A stretch of 64,000 nucleotides of DNA from the human T2T-CHM13v2.0 reference genome, Homo sapiens. Every line of letters begins with the position of its first letter. Position 1 is the stretch's first letter. The notes below the pieces were generated by a model that saw nothing but the letters and a program-made list of their open reading frames with translations, made no database searches and was not told the DNA's origin. The translations under genes and the position numbers were made by a program. Positions 38,347 through 52,069 of the stretch are shown one piece after another. The DNA lies in NCBI RefSeq assembly GCF_009914755.1, contig NC_060930.1; one strand, written 5' to 3'.

Positions 38347-39533
38347 ATATACGAAGTGGTCTTCCTATCCTTATTTTACTGATGAGGCTCATAGAGAGTA
38401 TGGCACTGCCTGTGGCCACACAGCTAGTAAATAGCAGAGTCTGGATTTGAACCCAGGCCTGCCTGAAGTCAAACCTCATGCTTTTTCTGTGAAACAGAAC
38501 CATGGGCCTCGGGGAGGAATAAGGAGCATGTAGTGATGTATAACATTTGTTTCTAGGGTTGTTCATCAGTGTTTGTTGTGCAACTGCGGGGAGAAAATTG
38601 GTTCTAATAAGCAGATAACAGGTAGTAAAGGACAATGTGTTAACCCCAGGTGCCTAGGAAAAAGCTTTGTAACTCCAGAGGCACGGAGGAGGTAGGCACT
38701 ACATTCATCTTTGCAATGTGCCTGTGATTTGCCTGCATGGAGGAAAGGAAAAAGTACTCTAGATAGCAGTTACAGCCTCAGCAAAGGGATGGAAGTTGGA
38801 ATTGACAGAGGCTGGACAAGGGAAAGTGGGCAGAGGGGCCTGGTTTGACGGGAGCAGTGCAGCCAAATAAATGAAATGGTACTGGGACTATGAAATCCAG
38901 TTTCATTCTGCTCACCTCCACAAGCTTTTCCGGAGCACCTACTATGTGCCAGGCAGCTGTCAGTCCAGAGGAGCCCTGAGCATGCACACAGTGGGCCAGA
39001 GAGTGCTCTTCATCCCCGTGCCGAGAAGACCTCAATCATCGCTCTGTCCTCTAGGCTTTGTAACTGGAGCCAGAAAGTCCAAGCCAGTCCTAGGGATGTG
39101 CCCCCGCCTGCAGGGGCCACTGCAGAAGAAATGCTGAGGTCAGCCCTGCCTGAATCTAAACCTCCTGGGATTGGGATGAGTCAGGGAGAGGCCCTGCTAG
39201 GGATGTAGGAGGAGGGCCACTTAGCTTCTCTACCTGCCATGGTGAAGGTAAGGCTGCTAATGCCACCCTTTGGGTCCCTGGGGAGGACAGAGTGAGGCTG
39301 AAATTAGTCCTCAAACATCCTAGGAGTCCTCAGGGTGAGGCCTGGGGGACCAGCCTACTTGGGGGTGAGGAGGCGGGAGAGTGGGTGCAGGGGACAGTGC
39401 TCCCTCCGGCAGCTTCCCAGTGGTGGGATTTTACGCACCTGTAAAACAACAACAAAAATAAAGAAAAAGCAAATGCACATCTTGATTCGGCCTAAGAGCT
39501 GCCTGGTAAAAACATTAGGAAAAAACCCCCCAC

Positions 39534-39984
39534 TGTTATGGGTTGAATTATATCCCCCTAAAAAGATATGTTGAAGTCTTAAATCCTGGTGCCTGTGAAT
39601 GTGACCTTCCTTGGAAATAGGGTTGTTGTGGATGTAATTGGTTAAGATGAGGCCATGCTGGAGCAGAGTGGACCCCCTGATCCAATATGACTGGTGTCCT
39701 TGTGAAAAGGGAACATTTGGGCACAGAGGAAAGATGAGGTGAAGACATAGACACCGGGGAGAAGGCCGTGTGAAGACGGAGGCAGAGGCTGGCATGCTGC
39801 AGAATGCCAAAAATTTCTTGCCCCCATCAGAAACTAGGAAGAGACAGGAAGGATTAGCAGGAGGATGGCCCTACCCACACCCTGATCTTGGACTTCTGGT
39901 TTCCCAAACTGTGAGACAATAAATGTTGGTTGTTTTAAGCCAGTTTGGGGTACTTCGTTATCGCAGCCACAGGAAGCTAATACA
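39534..39984 (+). mobile_element. MLT1C/B MaLR solo LTR
   Basis: TGTTATGGGTTGAAT..GTGAATGTGACCTT..GAGACAATAAATG..AGGAAGCTAATACA. Confidence 0.88.
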
Positions 39985-40984
39985 CTTGTCATCAATTTCA
40001 CCCTTATTTAAGGATATTCTAACTCCCAAGGTAGCGATGACAATTTCAGGACACCCTTCAAGTTGAAAGCATTTCACTTTATGAAAAATCTACTCTGGGG
40101 ACCTATTTCTCTCCACTCAACTTGGACCAGTGAAAATGCCATCTCAGACCAGCCCCCATTCCCACACTGCTGTAGCTGAAGGAAATGGGGGAGGGCATCA
40201 GCCACTGTGGTCCTCGTGGGTTCTTGCCCTTTCTGGGCCTTCGTGTCCATGGGGGTTGGACTGTGAAATTCCTTGGGCCCCTCTCTCATCCGAGGCAGGG
40301 GGATCTGTAGGTGGAAAGCCGTGTGAGGGCTCAGGTATCAGTGAAGCATTTCTTAGTTACTTCTCACCCCGGAAAACGCATATCCAGAGCTGTGGGATGT
40401 CCACAGATTTGTGAAGGGGAAATTGGCCATATTGAGGGCAGCATGAATAATGCTTGTATCCATAAGACACTCAGAGGGCGCTCAGTGAGCACTGGGGAGG
40501 CAGAGATGATGAAGACTCCCATCTTCCAGGGCCTAGGAGAGAATGACCACTTTGGACTAGGATGAAAGGATAGGTTTTGTGATTGAGTGCTAGGATACAC
40601 ACCTGAAGAGCATCCATACTGGTGGCCCATGAGCACGCCTTGATCCGTGGTACTGTTGCCTGTGCAGTTTTCAGCTTTTAGAGCTACCTTCTCAACGTAT
40701 CTTCTATGGGACATGTGTTCATTGTGATGTTAATGGAAGTTAGGTGGAAACATGACTTAGTGGTAAATTATACCTGAGAAAGATTGTGTCAAATGGCCAT
40801 AAACAGATTTCTCTCCTGCAGGACTTCTCAGAGCCTTTAATATGCTAAAATGTATTGTCAGAATGCAGCCTTTCTAAAATTCAACTGGCAATGGAATTTT
40901 TTTTCTCTTAAATATGGCGTATCTCCTGGGATTATTTTCTGGAGATTAATCTTTGGAGACCATTCTTCTAGAAACTAGGTTTCT

Positions 40985-41400
<416 letters not shown>

Positions 41401-41893
41401 TCATGATTGTGGCGGTGACACTGGTGATGAGAACATTGGTAATGAGGGTGGGTAGCTTCTTTTAACTTTAGTAATCCCCAAGAAGAAAGAGCTCCCTTTC
41501 TTCTTAGAAAGCAGACAGGCCTTCGGTATATCCGTGACATTATTAGGCTTTAGAGAGTTAATGACCTGGGCTGGCAGCAAAGAGATGGTGCCTAAAAAGT
41601 CAGGAATGTACCACTTAGGGAGGTCTGTAGGCCCAGGACTAATAAGACCTTAGCAACATGGGAGACCCACTAGGAGTGTGCACCCTTGTGTCCTGGAGCC
41701 TCTGTGGACACAAATGCAATAAAAAACATAAGATTTTCATCCCCGGGATTCCAGGAATGGTGAGTGGGTGGGTAGTGTTGTGAAGGTTGGTGGATTCATT
41801 CAGAAATGAGGCTGAAACACGTGTGGCTGCTTCTGAGCACATGAGTCCCCTCCATTCTCAGCTCAGCCATGCTGGAGAAGGCCAGATGATTTA

Positions 41894-42273
41894 CAATATG
41901 GTTAGGCTTTGTGTCCCCACCCAAATCTCATCTTGAATTATAATCCCCATAATCCCCATGTGTCAAGGGAGAGACCAGGTGGAGGTAATTGAATCATGGA
42001 AACAGTTTGCCCCATGCTGTTCTCACGATAGGGAGTGAGTTCTCACGAGATCTGATGGTTTTATAAAGGGCTCTTTACCACTTTGCGCAGCACTTCTCCT
42101 TCCTGCTGCCTCGTGAAGAAGGTATCTTGCTTCCTCTTCGCCTTCCCCCATGATTGTAAGTCTCCTGAGGCCTCCCCAGCCGTGCTGAACTGTGAGTCAA
42201 TTGAACCTCTTTCCTTTATAAATTACCCAGTCTTGGTCAGTTCATGATAGCAGTATGAAAACAGACTAATACA
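41894..42273 (+). mobile_element. THE1 (THE1D/C-like) solo LTR
   Basis: ATATGGTTAGGCTTTGTGTCCCCACCCAAATCTCATCTTGAATT..GACTAATACA; perfect 5-bp TSD ATTTA. Confidence 0.92.
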
Positions 42274-42489
42274 ATTTACTACCCTCCAAAATGACTCAGA
42301 GAGTTGTGAAGGCTGCAGTAAAGTAGCTGGTGGAGGTTTTGATGGTGGAGGAATGGTACTGAGGTAGGAGAACAGGGAATTGAGGTGATCAGGGGTTGAG
42401 GCGTGAGCAAGGGAACAGCAGGTGCAGCCAGTTTGTATAGGCAGGAGAGCAGTAGGTGCAGCACATAGGCCACATCCTTGCTTCCATGA

Positions 42490-42690
42490 TAACAAGTCAC
42501 GTCAGCCTCTGATTGGTCACAGGACAATCCTTCATGGGGTGTGGCCAGTTGGAGGGCTTTGAGGAGCGCCAAAGGGTGTTGCTGGATTCTTTTTAGCTTA
42601 ATAAAAACCCTGATTGAAGAGGCTATTGAGCCCGCTCCCACTCTGTGAATTGTCTTCAATAAATCTGTGTTTTTGTTACTCCATCTCATT
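42490..42690 (+). mobile_element. ERV LTR fragment (family uncertain)
   Basis: CTGATTGGTC, CTTTTAGCTTAATAAAAACCCT, TCAATAAATCTGTG: promoter, TATA-like and polyA layout typical of an LTR. Confidence 0.4.
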
Positions 42691-43029
42691 GCTGACAGGG
42701 GCTGACAGTAAGGATGATAACGGAGGTGGCAGGTTATGGTGAAGGCTAGGACAATGCTGATGGTGACAAGGGTTGTAACGGGGGTGACAGCACAATGGTG
42801 GCAGGTGTACGATATGTGATGTGGCAGTGGTGGGGACGTCCCAAGTTGAGCTACTGGCAACCACAATAGGGAATCATGGTGAGCACGGGGCACCAATAAG
42901 ATTCCACAGTGACTCCCTGTCTTCACAGGCAGGGCAGGCTCTGGGAGGTGAAAACCAGCCTGAGAGGAATGAGACCTTGCCTTAGGAGGCATTTAGTTGT
43001 CTTCTGTGTAGAAAGGTAGCCCTTCACTT

Positions 43030-43310
43030 TCCTCATAAATCAGCCCCATAAACTTTCCACTTTGCAATTTCAGGTAGTCAGCCCCATAAACCACTCCTGA
43101 CTGGGAAACGGGGCTTGAACAAATAAATCACACTTATTATTTATGTCAGCAACAATGTCATCATTGCACAGGAGTCCAGACCTGGACCGACCTACCCAGG
43201 GGAAGTGGGCTGCTCACCTCAATATTGTTCAAGTCAAGCATGCCATGATTCAACACTGAATTTTTAGACAGAGGCCCTTATATCAAAGTGACATAATTTA
43301 ATAGCACTCT
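43030..43310. promoter_or_regulatory. Candidate developmental enhancer (PBX-HOX/MEIS/TCF/SOX motif cluster)
   Basis: TGATTTATGA (minus 43033-42), TGATTTATT (minus ~43122-30), TGTCA/TGACA x3, ATCAAAG, AACAAT in apparently repeat-free DNA. Confidence 0.45.
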
Positions 43311-44399
43311 TCACCCTCCCCGGAGTGGGCCTCAATGGGGATGGCAGACATATTGCTTTTCTGGGAGAGGGGGATGATTCTCAGAGGAGGCTTGTGCCCT
43401 TTCCCTGTGAGAAGACCACTGTCAGGTCTCCAACCTATAATTCACCTCGGTGCTGCCACTGACATGTTACTGTGTACACCAGCACAGCCTTTCTCCCCTC
43501 CTCCTGCACATGCAGGAAATACAAGCTCCTTCTCTTCAGCACGGCTTAGCCTGGGCCTGTGCCAGGGTGGCCCCTGGTCCCCTGAAGATGGTGAGACAGG
43601 TGATGGCTGCCTCTGGGTAGATTTTTAGCACCTTGTGTAACACATTCTGGCAAGGGCTGCCATTTCCTCATCTCAGGCTTGCTATTTGTGGGTCCTTGTT
43701 CCTTTAGCAGAATGCATGGTCCAGGCCTTGCCATCCTTTGTATGGATAGAGCTTTCACAATTGGCCACAACTTTCTTGGCACAAATCTGAATTCATGACA
43801 GCAGTTTAATTAAAGCCATCTCCCTGTGTTTCTTCATGTTGTTATGCAATGGGACAAAGTGATACTGGGGTTACCCTTTTTCTTTTCTGGGAGGATCCCC
43901 TCCCTTCCCCTCCCCTCCTCTCCCAGAAAAGTCTGAGCTAGTTAGCAGTGTATTAAAGTAGGCATCGCATTTGTAGATGTATCAGATATTTTTTCATGAT
44001 CTTCAATACTGTCCGGCCCTTTAGAATTCCAATTAGTTGGGGGTATGGGGGAGAAGAGTCCTGTTAAGTCTAGAAATGAAAGTATTAGGAAAAAGCTCTG
44101 GTTTAGTAAATTAAAAGCTCTGGAATATATTAGAATCAGATATTTTTGGTTTGGAATATAAATGTATAATATATGGAGAATATGTTTTGGGTCATTTTAG
44201 GTATAATTGGGGAGGGCAGAGCCTGTGTATGTTTGGGACCATAGCACTAAGGGAATGTTCACAACAGTTTCAATGCCATGAAGAACAGGTGATGTACAAA
44301 GTACACCACATTTCCAGTGATTATAATCTGACTTTTGTTTTGAAATATTTTAAAACATAGTATACTGGGAGGTATACCATTACACCCCAAATGATTAAC

Positions 44400-44820
44400 C
44401 AGCCTAAGGCAGTCATGCTAATTCCATCCCTCTTGCCAGAGATTGGCTTAATGCCAGGCAGGTATAAGCCAATCTGGGCCAATGAAAATCAAGGAGAGAG
44501 GCTTGCTCAGAGCTTCTGAGTAAGAGAGGCCCATCCCACCTGCCCTTCTCCCATCTTGCTGGATGTGAACACGAAAGCTGTGGTTCGAGGTGCTGTTGGC
44601 AGCCATGTTGGGGCCATGAGGGGAAACAGCATTAGGATGAACCCAGCACTGCAGCTGACAGAGCAGAGAAATGAAAAGAACCTGGGTTGAGTGGCTGAAT
44701 CTACCAATTTTGATCCCTACTTCTGGACTTCCTGTTCTATGAAACAATAAATTTCACAATAATTTAAGCAAGTCTGGAGAAGGATTTCTGTTACCTAAAG
44801 GGGAAGCATCCTGACACAGC
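44400..44820 (+). mobile_element. MLT1J-like LTR
   Basis: TTGCCAGAGATTGG..GGCCAATGAAA..GGCAGCCATGTTG..ACTTCTGGACTTCCTGTT..AACAATAAAT. Confidence 0.65.
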
Positions 44821-44977
44821 TATTTAATAATGGATAAGCATTTGTCATTACTAGCACTATTATAAATGCTAAGGGGAGATGAACAATAGAACACATAACA
44901 TAGACAGTCCCGGCTCTTCAGAGTTCTCAGATGTTTATTGGAGAGGTGAGGTAACTACACAAAGCACAAATATGGGA

Positions 44978-45160
44978 GGGTTGGAGAACTCTTGTTGTTA
45001 AAGGGCCAGATAGTCTTTGTTGTGACTACTCAGCTTGCCTGTTATAGCACAAAAGCAGTCATAGACAACAATAAACATGGGTGTGTTTCAATAAAACTTT
45101 ATTTAGAAAAACAGATGCTTGGCCAAGTTTGGCATGTGGACAATAGTTTGCCAAAGCCTG
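44978..45160. mobile_element. MER58A
   Basis: TAAAGGGCCAGATAGT..ACTACTCAGC..AAAGCAGTCATAGACAA..CAATAAAACTTTATTTA..TAGTTTGCCAAAGCCTG. Confidence 0.8.
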
Positions 45161-45803
45161 CTCTAGGAGACATCTATAGGACTATCCTACAGACATCTAG
45201 GAGACATCTATAGAAAGGAGCCATCTATAGGGATTGGAGTCATGGGAGAATTCCTGGAGGATGTGCTGGACAGACAGAATGGAAATGAATCGGCTGCACT
45301 TCTGCATGTGTGCCTTAAAAGACCATGCTATTTCACTCTCTGATGTGATTGCAGGAAAAAAAAAAAGAGTGCATATCACAATCATACCTGACAGTCTTCC
45401 CAGAGATAAGCTAATTCTGCAGAACTTCTTCCCCCATTTCCCAGTAATCAGCCATGAAAAGATCAAATATCAGTAGGTCACATGCAGAAAGACTCCCTGC
45501 CAAGTCTGCCTCCTACCTGATGGGCCAAAGGCAAGTAGCAGGCAGCCCAAGGGTATATACGTCAGGCTCTTTATATTGGAGCATTGAGATCAAAGTGTCC
45601 AGGTACACCTGTGGGTCTTTCGTGAAGTGAGCTCTGGATTTTTCAAAAGCCGGAAGGTCTCCTGGGACTTACCTCCAGTGGGCCATGTCTTGGGGAGCTT
45701 GGGCCACAATGGCTAGCTGGGACAGCTGGTTCTTAAGGGTGACCTTGAGGATGGATAGGATTTGAATAAGAGGCAGGTGAGCACAGGTGGGTTAGAGCAA
45801 TGC

Positions 45804-46154
45804 TGTCTTACCCCATTTGTGCCGCTGTAACAGAATACCACAGACTGGGTAACTTATAAAGAACAGAGTTTATTTCTCACAGTTCTAGAGGCTGGGAAGT
45901 CCAAGATCAAGGTTTTGGTATCTGGTGAGGGCTGCTCTGTCCTTTCAAGATGGCACTATGAATGCATATTCTAGCTTGGAGGAACATTGTTTCCTTATGT
46001 GGTGGAAGGCAGAAGGAAAGAGGACCAAGCTCCTTCTGTCAAGCTCTTTTACAAAGGAATTAATCTATTGGGACCTAAACATCTCTCAACACTGTTGCAA
46101 TAGGGATTAAGTTTCCAACACATGAATTTTGGGGGACACATTCAGGCCACAGCA
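45804..46154 (-). mobile_element. MST (MSTC/D-like) solo LTR
   Basis: TGTCTTA..AATACCACAGACTGGGTAA..GGCTGGGAAGTCCAAGATCAAGG..CCACAGCA; TSD AATGC/AATGT. Confidence 0.85.
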
Positions 46155-46979
46155 AATGTTATAAGCAGAGGCTTGGATGGGGACCCATCAAAGTTTATGA
46201 GGGGAAGTCTGATGGATGACGCCATTACAGGCAATGCTGGTGGCCTGTTCTCCCTTGACATCTTGAGACAAGAGCCCAAAGTTTAATTTGAGGAAGTATC
46301 TAGGACAATAATACCCGTCAGTACTGACCTACAGTCATAGGGTCTGGGAGCTATTAAACAATGACATTGATGTAGTTTATAGGGCTTGGATGAGGAGGGT
46401 GACCCCACAAATCTACCTTTCCTAAATATGCAGCAAGAAGTATGATGAAAACACTGGTTAGCAGTAACCAGGGGAGAGGGGCAGTAAGTGGGAGGGAAGA
46501 CCAAGGCCCAGGGAGAGAGGGAGGACCCTTTCACACTTCAAGAAGTAGGGCAGGGTGAGGGTCACATGGAGAGAAGGAGAGCTTCGAGGAGGCCAAGTTT
46601 TGCAGGGGAAGGAGTAGCATTTCTGAAATGGACAAAATTGTACCCAAGGGTGAGAACTGGCAAGCCCCTCACCCCTGCCCCCTAAAGCCTACCATTTAGG
46701 GGCTTAAACATTTCCATTCATGTTTTCTTACTTCCATGTATAAACACAGGCATACTTTGGAGAGAGGAGAAAAATAAACCAAACTGCTGAGTAATACCCT
46801 TTTGAAAAGAAATACATACTTTCAAAAAGGACCAAAACAACTTGTGGAAGCTTTGGAAGGGAGTTTTCTCATTTTTAAAAGCTCAAGGGTTTTGATGAAA
46901 TTAGTGTTGTTTTCTCAGACTCCAAAACAGATTAACATATGGGCAGCTTCAGCTTGTGGCTCAGAGAGACAAAAGAAAC

Positions 46980-47720
46980 CACAAAAATAGCTTTCTAATA
47001 ATTGTCCCCAAATATGTCTGTCGAGCGCTGGTTAGTGCCAACTCCCCTTTGCTAATCAAAACTCGAGGCGGAGGCGCCGACTCCCCCCGCCGCCATTTGA
47101 TGTCCCTCTGGTTACTGTATTTACTCTCCTTCTCACTCCCAATTTCTTCCCGAAGCTTTCATCTGTTCCAACGCCCTGCTCTGCCCGTCTCGGCCACCAC
47201 CGCTGGGGTTTAAGGCAAACCTTGCATCTGGTTTCTCTTTGCTTCTTTTCGCCTTTGTCTTTGTTTACTTTCATGAGGAGGCAGACAGTTGCTTTATTAA
47301 CCCCCTGCTTTGTTTTCTTTAGGTTTTTCAGTTGTTTTAATCTTCGCATCAACTATCCCAATCTGCTCCCTCACCTTCCACTCCACTGGGCTCTCTGTGA
47401 CCTGGCACTCGGGTCTTGTTTCTTGCCAGTTGGGTCTAGTGGCCTTGTTGATTCGTCTTGGCTGCTGCTGCAAACTCGGCTGCGGCCCTCAGCGCTGTGT
47501 GGCTTCCAAGTTCTCATTGTGAAGGTCTTTTCTTCTTTGTGTTTCTCCATGCAGGGATATGGGATGTTTATAAACTTCAGGAGAGCTTACTTTTGAAAGG
47601 AGAGAATTGAATTTCCTGGGCTGCATGCTGAGATGTATTATCTGTGGAATTCCTGTTTGAATGACTGGCAGATTTCTGAGCAGTGGTGCTGTTTCCAACC
47701 TGGTCTGCTCGTCAAGCTGT
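46980..47720. promoter_or_regulatory. CpG-retaining unique island, candidate enhancer/non-coding promoter
   Basis: About 13 CpGs in 47021-47202 by hand count; YY1-like GCCGCCATTTG, FOX TGTTTAC, SOX-like CTTTGT, NFI half-site TGCCAA. Confidence 0.5.
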
Positions 47721-47898
47721 GTACCCCCCTCTGTGTGTGCCTCTGTCTAGAGCAGAACCCAAATTGAGCCCAAACCACTTCATCTGTTCACCACCTTTCT
47801 CCCTGAAACCTTGTCCTTTAAACCTGATAAAGAAATAACGCAAAAGGTCGAAGCATGGAAAAAATGAAAATTCTCCACAATTCTTCACCAAGTTATTA

Positions 47899-48760
<862 letters not shown>

Positions 48761-49194
48761 CTTTCATAACCTTTAAAAACATTTAATGAAGCATTATACC
48801 AAGAGAAAATCGGCCAAGTACTTAAACAATCTCATGGTCTAGCATGAAAACTGTGGTCAGAATATCTAGATTGTGCCTTTACTTACAGGTAAGTCATGGA
48901 GTTCACTTGGGTTCAGTTTTGGGATGACAAAAATGCCTCCCTCTTCACCTACCAGGGTTGATGCAAGAATTTTTGGTAGTGGTTAAGTGAAACAAATGGG
49001 TTAATGCATTCTGTGAAGCACCATAAAATGTTAGCTATTACAGTTTACACACTGCTTTATTCTAATTTTGGGGCATTTTAGTTTTTCCTTGCTAGAGCTA
49101 GCCAAATGCAGATATTAATTGTGAGAAGATACAGCAGTCACGGTGCATCAGGGACAGGACATGTCAGAAGACCTCATCTGTAAAGGGGGATAAC

Positions 49195-49656
49195 TGTGAA
49201 AGGATAATCAACCTTGGGGCCCCCAAATCACTAAGCTAAAGGGAAAAGTCAAGCTGGAAACTGCTTAGGGCAAACCTGCCTCCCATTCTAGTCAAAGCCA
49301 CCTCACTGCTCACTGAGATAAACACATAACTGACTGCCTCATTTGGAGAGGCTGACAAAAGAATGCAACTGTTTGTCTCTTATCTACCTTTGACCTGGAA
49401 GCCCCCTCCCCGCTTCGAGCAGTCCCATCTTCACCTCGAGTTGTCCCACCTTTCCAGACTGAACCAATGTACATCTTACACATATTGATTGATGTCTCCT
49501 GTCTCCCTAAATGTATAAAACCAAGCTGTGCCCCTACCACCTTGGACACATGTTGTCAGGACCGCCTGAGGCTGTGTCACGGGTGCGCATCCTCAACCTT
49601 GGCAAAATAAACTTTCTAAATTAACTGAAACCTGTCTCAGATATTTGGGGTTCACA
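49195..49656 (+). mobile_element. MER4A/MER4A1 (ERV1) solo LTR inserted in a MIR fragment
   Basis: TGTGAAAGG..CACTAAGCTAAAGGGAAAAGTCAAGCTGG..GTATAAAACCAAGCTGTG..GGTTCACA; perfect 4-bp TSD TAAC. Confidence 0.9.
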
Positions 49657-51169
49657 TAACAATAATTCCTACGTTAGGGGACATTTGCCTTGCTGGCCCA
49701 GGGCATGGGCACACAACCCAGGCTCAACTAAGCCTACTCTTCTGTCCAGGACTCTGAACCTGAGACACATGATACAGAGACATGAGGATGGTGGAGAATT
49801 TGTTTAGCAGCAGCAGTGGTGGCAGTGGTGGTGGCAGTGGCAGTTGTGGTGTTATGATTTAGAACCAGGTCTTGGCTTCCCCTGTCTCCTGCTCATTTTC
49901 TGAACACTCCCTGTCATTCTCTGAGATGCCCAATATCCTCTTAGTAAATTGCTTTTGTGCTGAAACCACCCAGAGTTGGTTTCTGTCACTACCAAGAAGC
50001 CTGACTGGTAGCTCCACCCACCTTACCAGCTTGCCCTGAGGAATAAGGAGGCAAAGCATGCCAAGCCCTGGCACAGTGGATGGCACCTGGAAATGCCCCA
50101 TTAGTAGCAGCAAAAGTGAACAATGCATCCACTTTTGTTTTAACTTGATAAAGCCTCATTCTTTCATCATTGAATTACAAATTGTGACTTCCACTAACTC
50201 CTGAGCAGCTGGTCATCTTTACATTCTCAAGGCGAGGAGCTCAGCCACCTGGATGTTCTTCCTCTGCTCTTGGTCAGAGGCCAATTGTTGTCCTGGCCCT
50301 CTAAGGACAGCACTAAGATCCATCCCACTCTTCTTTCTGTCCGCAAAACCAAGGCAGACTGGCCCCCAGACTTCTCCCAACACTTCATCCAATTTGTCCA
50401 TGAGCCAACGACTCCAAAGCTGTTCAGGACTATCTCTCCATTTCTTTCTTAACCTGTCAAGAGATGGGTTACCAGATTCCCTCTATTACCACTGATAAAT
50501 TGAAAATAAAACACATTTCATCAAGGCCACAATTTCTTGCTTGTGGTCAAAGCTAACAAGAAGGATCCCACCAGGAACCTAGTAGGATAAATTACATAAT
50601 TAATGTTATTCCTTAGTTTGCTGAAGTCGAAATCTGTCCCCAGTAGCCTTATTTCTCCTGCTTTATATCTTTCCTTCCAGGGCTGTACACTGATGTTACC
50701 AGTCTTAGGAAGAGTGGAAATACCTTGTCATTATTTCTTTGAATCCAAGACATGCCTCCCTCCAGTAAAAAAGAGAACAAGATCACAGTATGGCATTTAT
50801 TTATTTGTAAAATGGAGGCAAGTGAAAATTAATCTTGCATTGAAATCATCTGAGAATTCAGGTTGTCTTTTGAAACGTGACATCTTGACATTGAGAAACA
50901 CTGCCTTAGAAACCTCCAAGTTATGTGAAAGCAACAGTTGCTTGGGTTCCTCATTTGATTCTTCTTTGTAAACTCACACCTTTATATGAAGACATTTATT
51001 TAATCTCTGACTTACTTTTCCTGAGTTCAACCTGTGCCTTGCTGAAGGAGAGCACAAAGAGTCTGAATCTCTTGCACCCTGCCATTTGCAAAATGGAAAA
51101 GTGTTAACACTCCCACCTTTTGCTGTTGCTTTTTCTTTCCCCTCTCATTAAAAATTTTTGTTTTAAAAA

Positions 51170-51580
51170 CCTGAGCAACCTGTGCTCTAGAGAATCTCCT
51201 GTGCATCTGCACCAAGAGACCTACATCTGACAGCATATTGTTTAAAATAGCAAAAGACAGGAACCTCCAATATCCCTCAATAGGAGAGTGGACAAAACAT
51301 GGAGGCATATCATTCTCCTGCCTCGGCCTTGCAAATTGCTGGTATTACAGATGATGATCTGATTCTTAAAGTGTTCATTGTGTAATTAAGCCTTTATAGT
51401 TTATACTTAATGTACATGCCAAATATAGAAAACAAAAGCTTAAAACACTTTAAAATAGTTTAAAAACTGAACAGCATTAAAGGCAGAGTCTGTGTATCAG
51501 GTAAATGGGTGGTCAGTGTAAAATTCTTTCAATTTTGCTGTAGGTTTGATAATTTTCATAATAAAATGTTGCATTAAAAA
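51170..51580 (+). mobile_element. Ancient L1ME 3' fragments, with a ~40-bp antisense Alu scrap near 51310
   Basis: CAGCATATTGTTTAAAATAGCAAAAGAC..CAATAGGAGAGTGGA; AAAATTCTTTCAATTTTGCTGTAGGTTTGATAATTTTCATAATAAAATGTT. Confidence 0.6.
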
Positions 51581-52069
51581 ACCCTGAATGGACCACAGTT
51601 ACATTAAGAACTTTTTGAAAAAACTTGCCTATAATTCATTAACTCAACACAGCAACTATTTTGATCTTTTGAGCCCTTATCTCTATAAATACAGAATTTT
51701 CATGCATGTGCTCACAGAATATATAGTATTGTATGGCTTGCTTTTTTCACTTAACATTTTATTATCAACTCTTCCCCAACATTTATGCTTTTTTGGTGAG
51801 TGCATTCATGTTTGGGAATTCCTTCCATCCCAGGTAAGTGAAGGCATCCCCTTCCAACCTCAGTCATACTCCAAAAGCCAAAGATACTTTTAACTTGGTG
51901 TAAGATTCAACAAAGCTCTGACACACTGTTCCTTCTGAAGTTTTTGTAGGAGATGTTGTGTCTATCTGCCAACTACTGTTTCCTTGAGATAAAGTGAAGC
52001 TCTTTAAGACCAACTGGGCAAGTAACAGCATTCTCCACATCATGGTAGCATGCCTGTTATGTGTTAGGC

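Noticed and set aside
42171-42183. PRDM9 hotspot motif in the THE1 LTR
   Set aside because: Sequence is CCTCCCCAGCCGT, lacking the T7 and C13 of CCNCCNTNNCCNC seen in hot THE1A/B copies.
42279-42992. Longest ORF in the window (237 aa)
   Set aside because: Crosses GGT/GAT low-complexity sequence and an LTR-like fragment; no recognisable homology or splice structure.
45162-45231. Short repeats TCTAGGAGACATCTATAG x2 next to MER58A
   Set aside because: Small local slippage duplication with no evidence of function.
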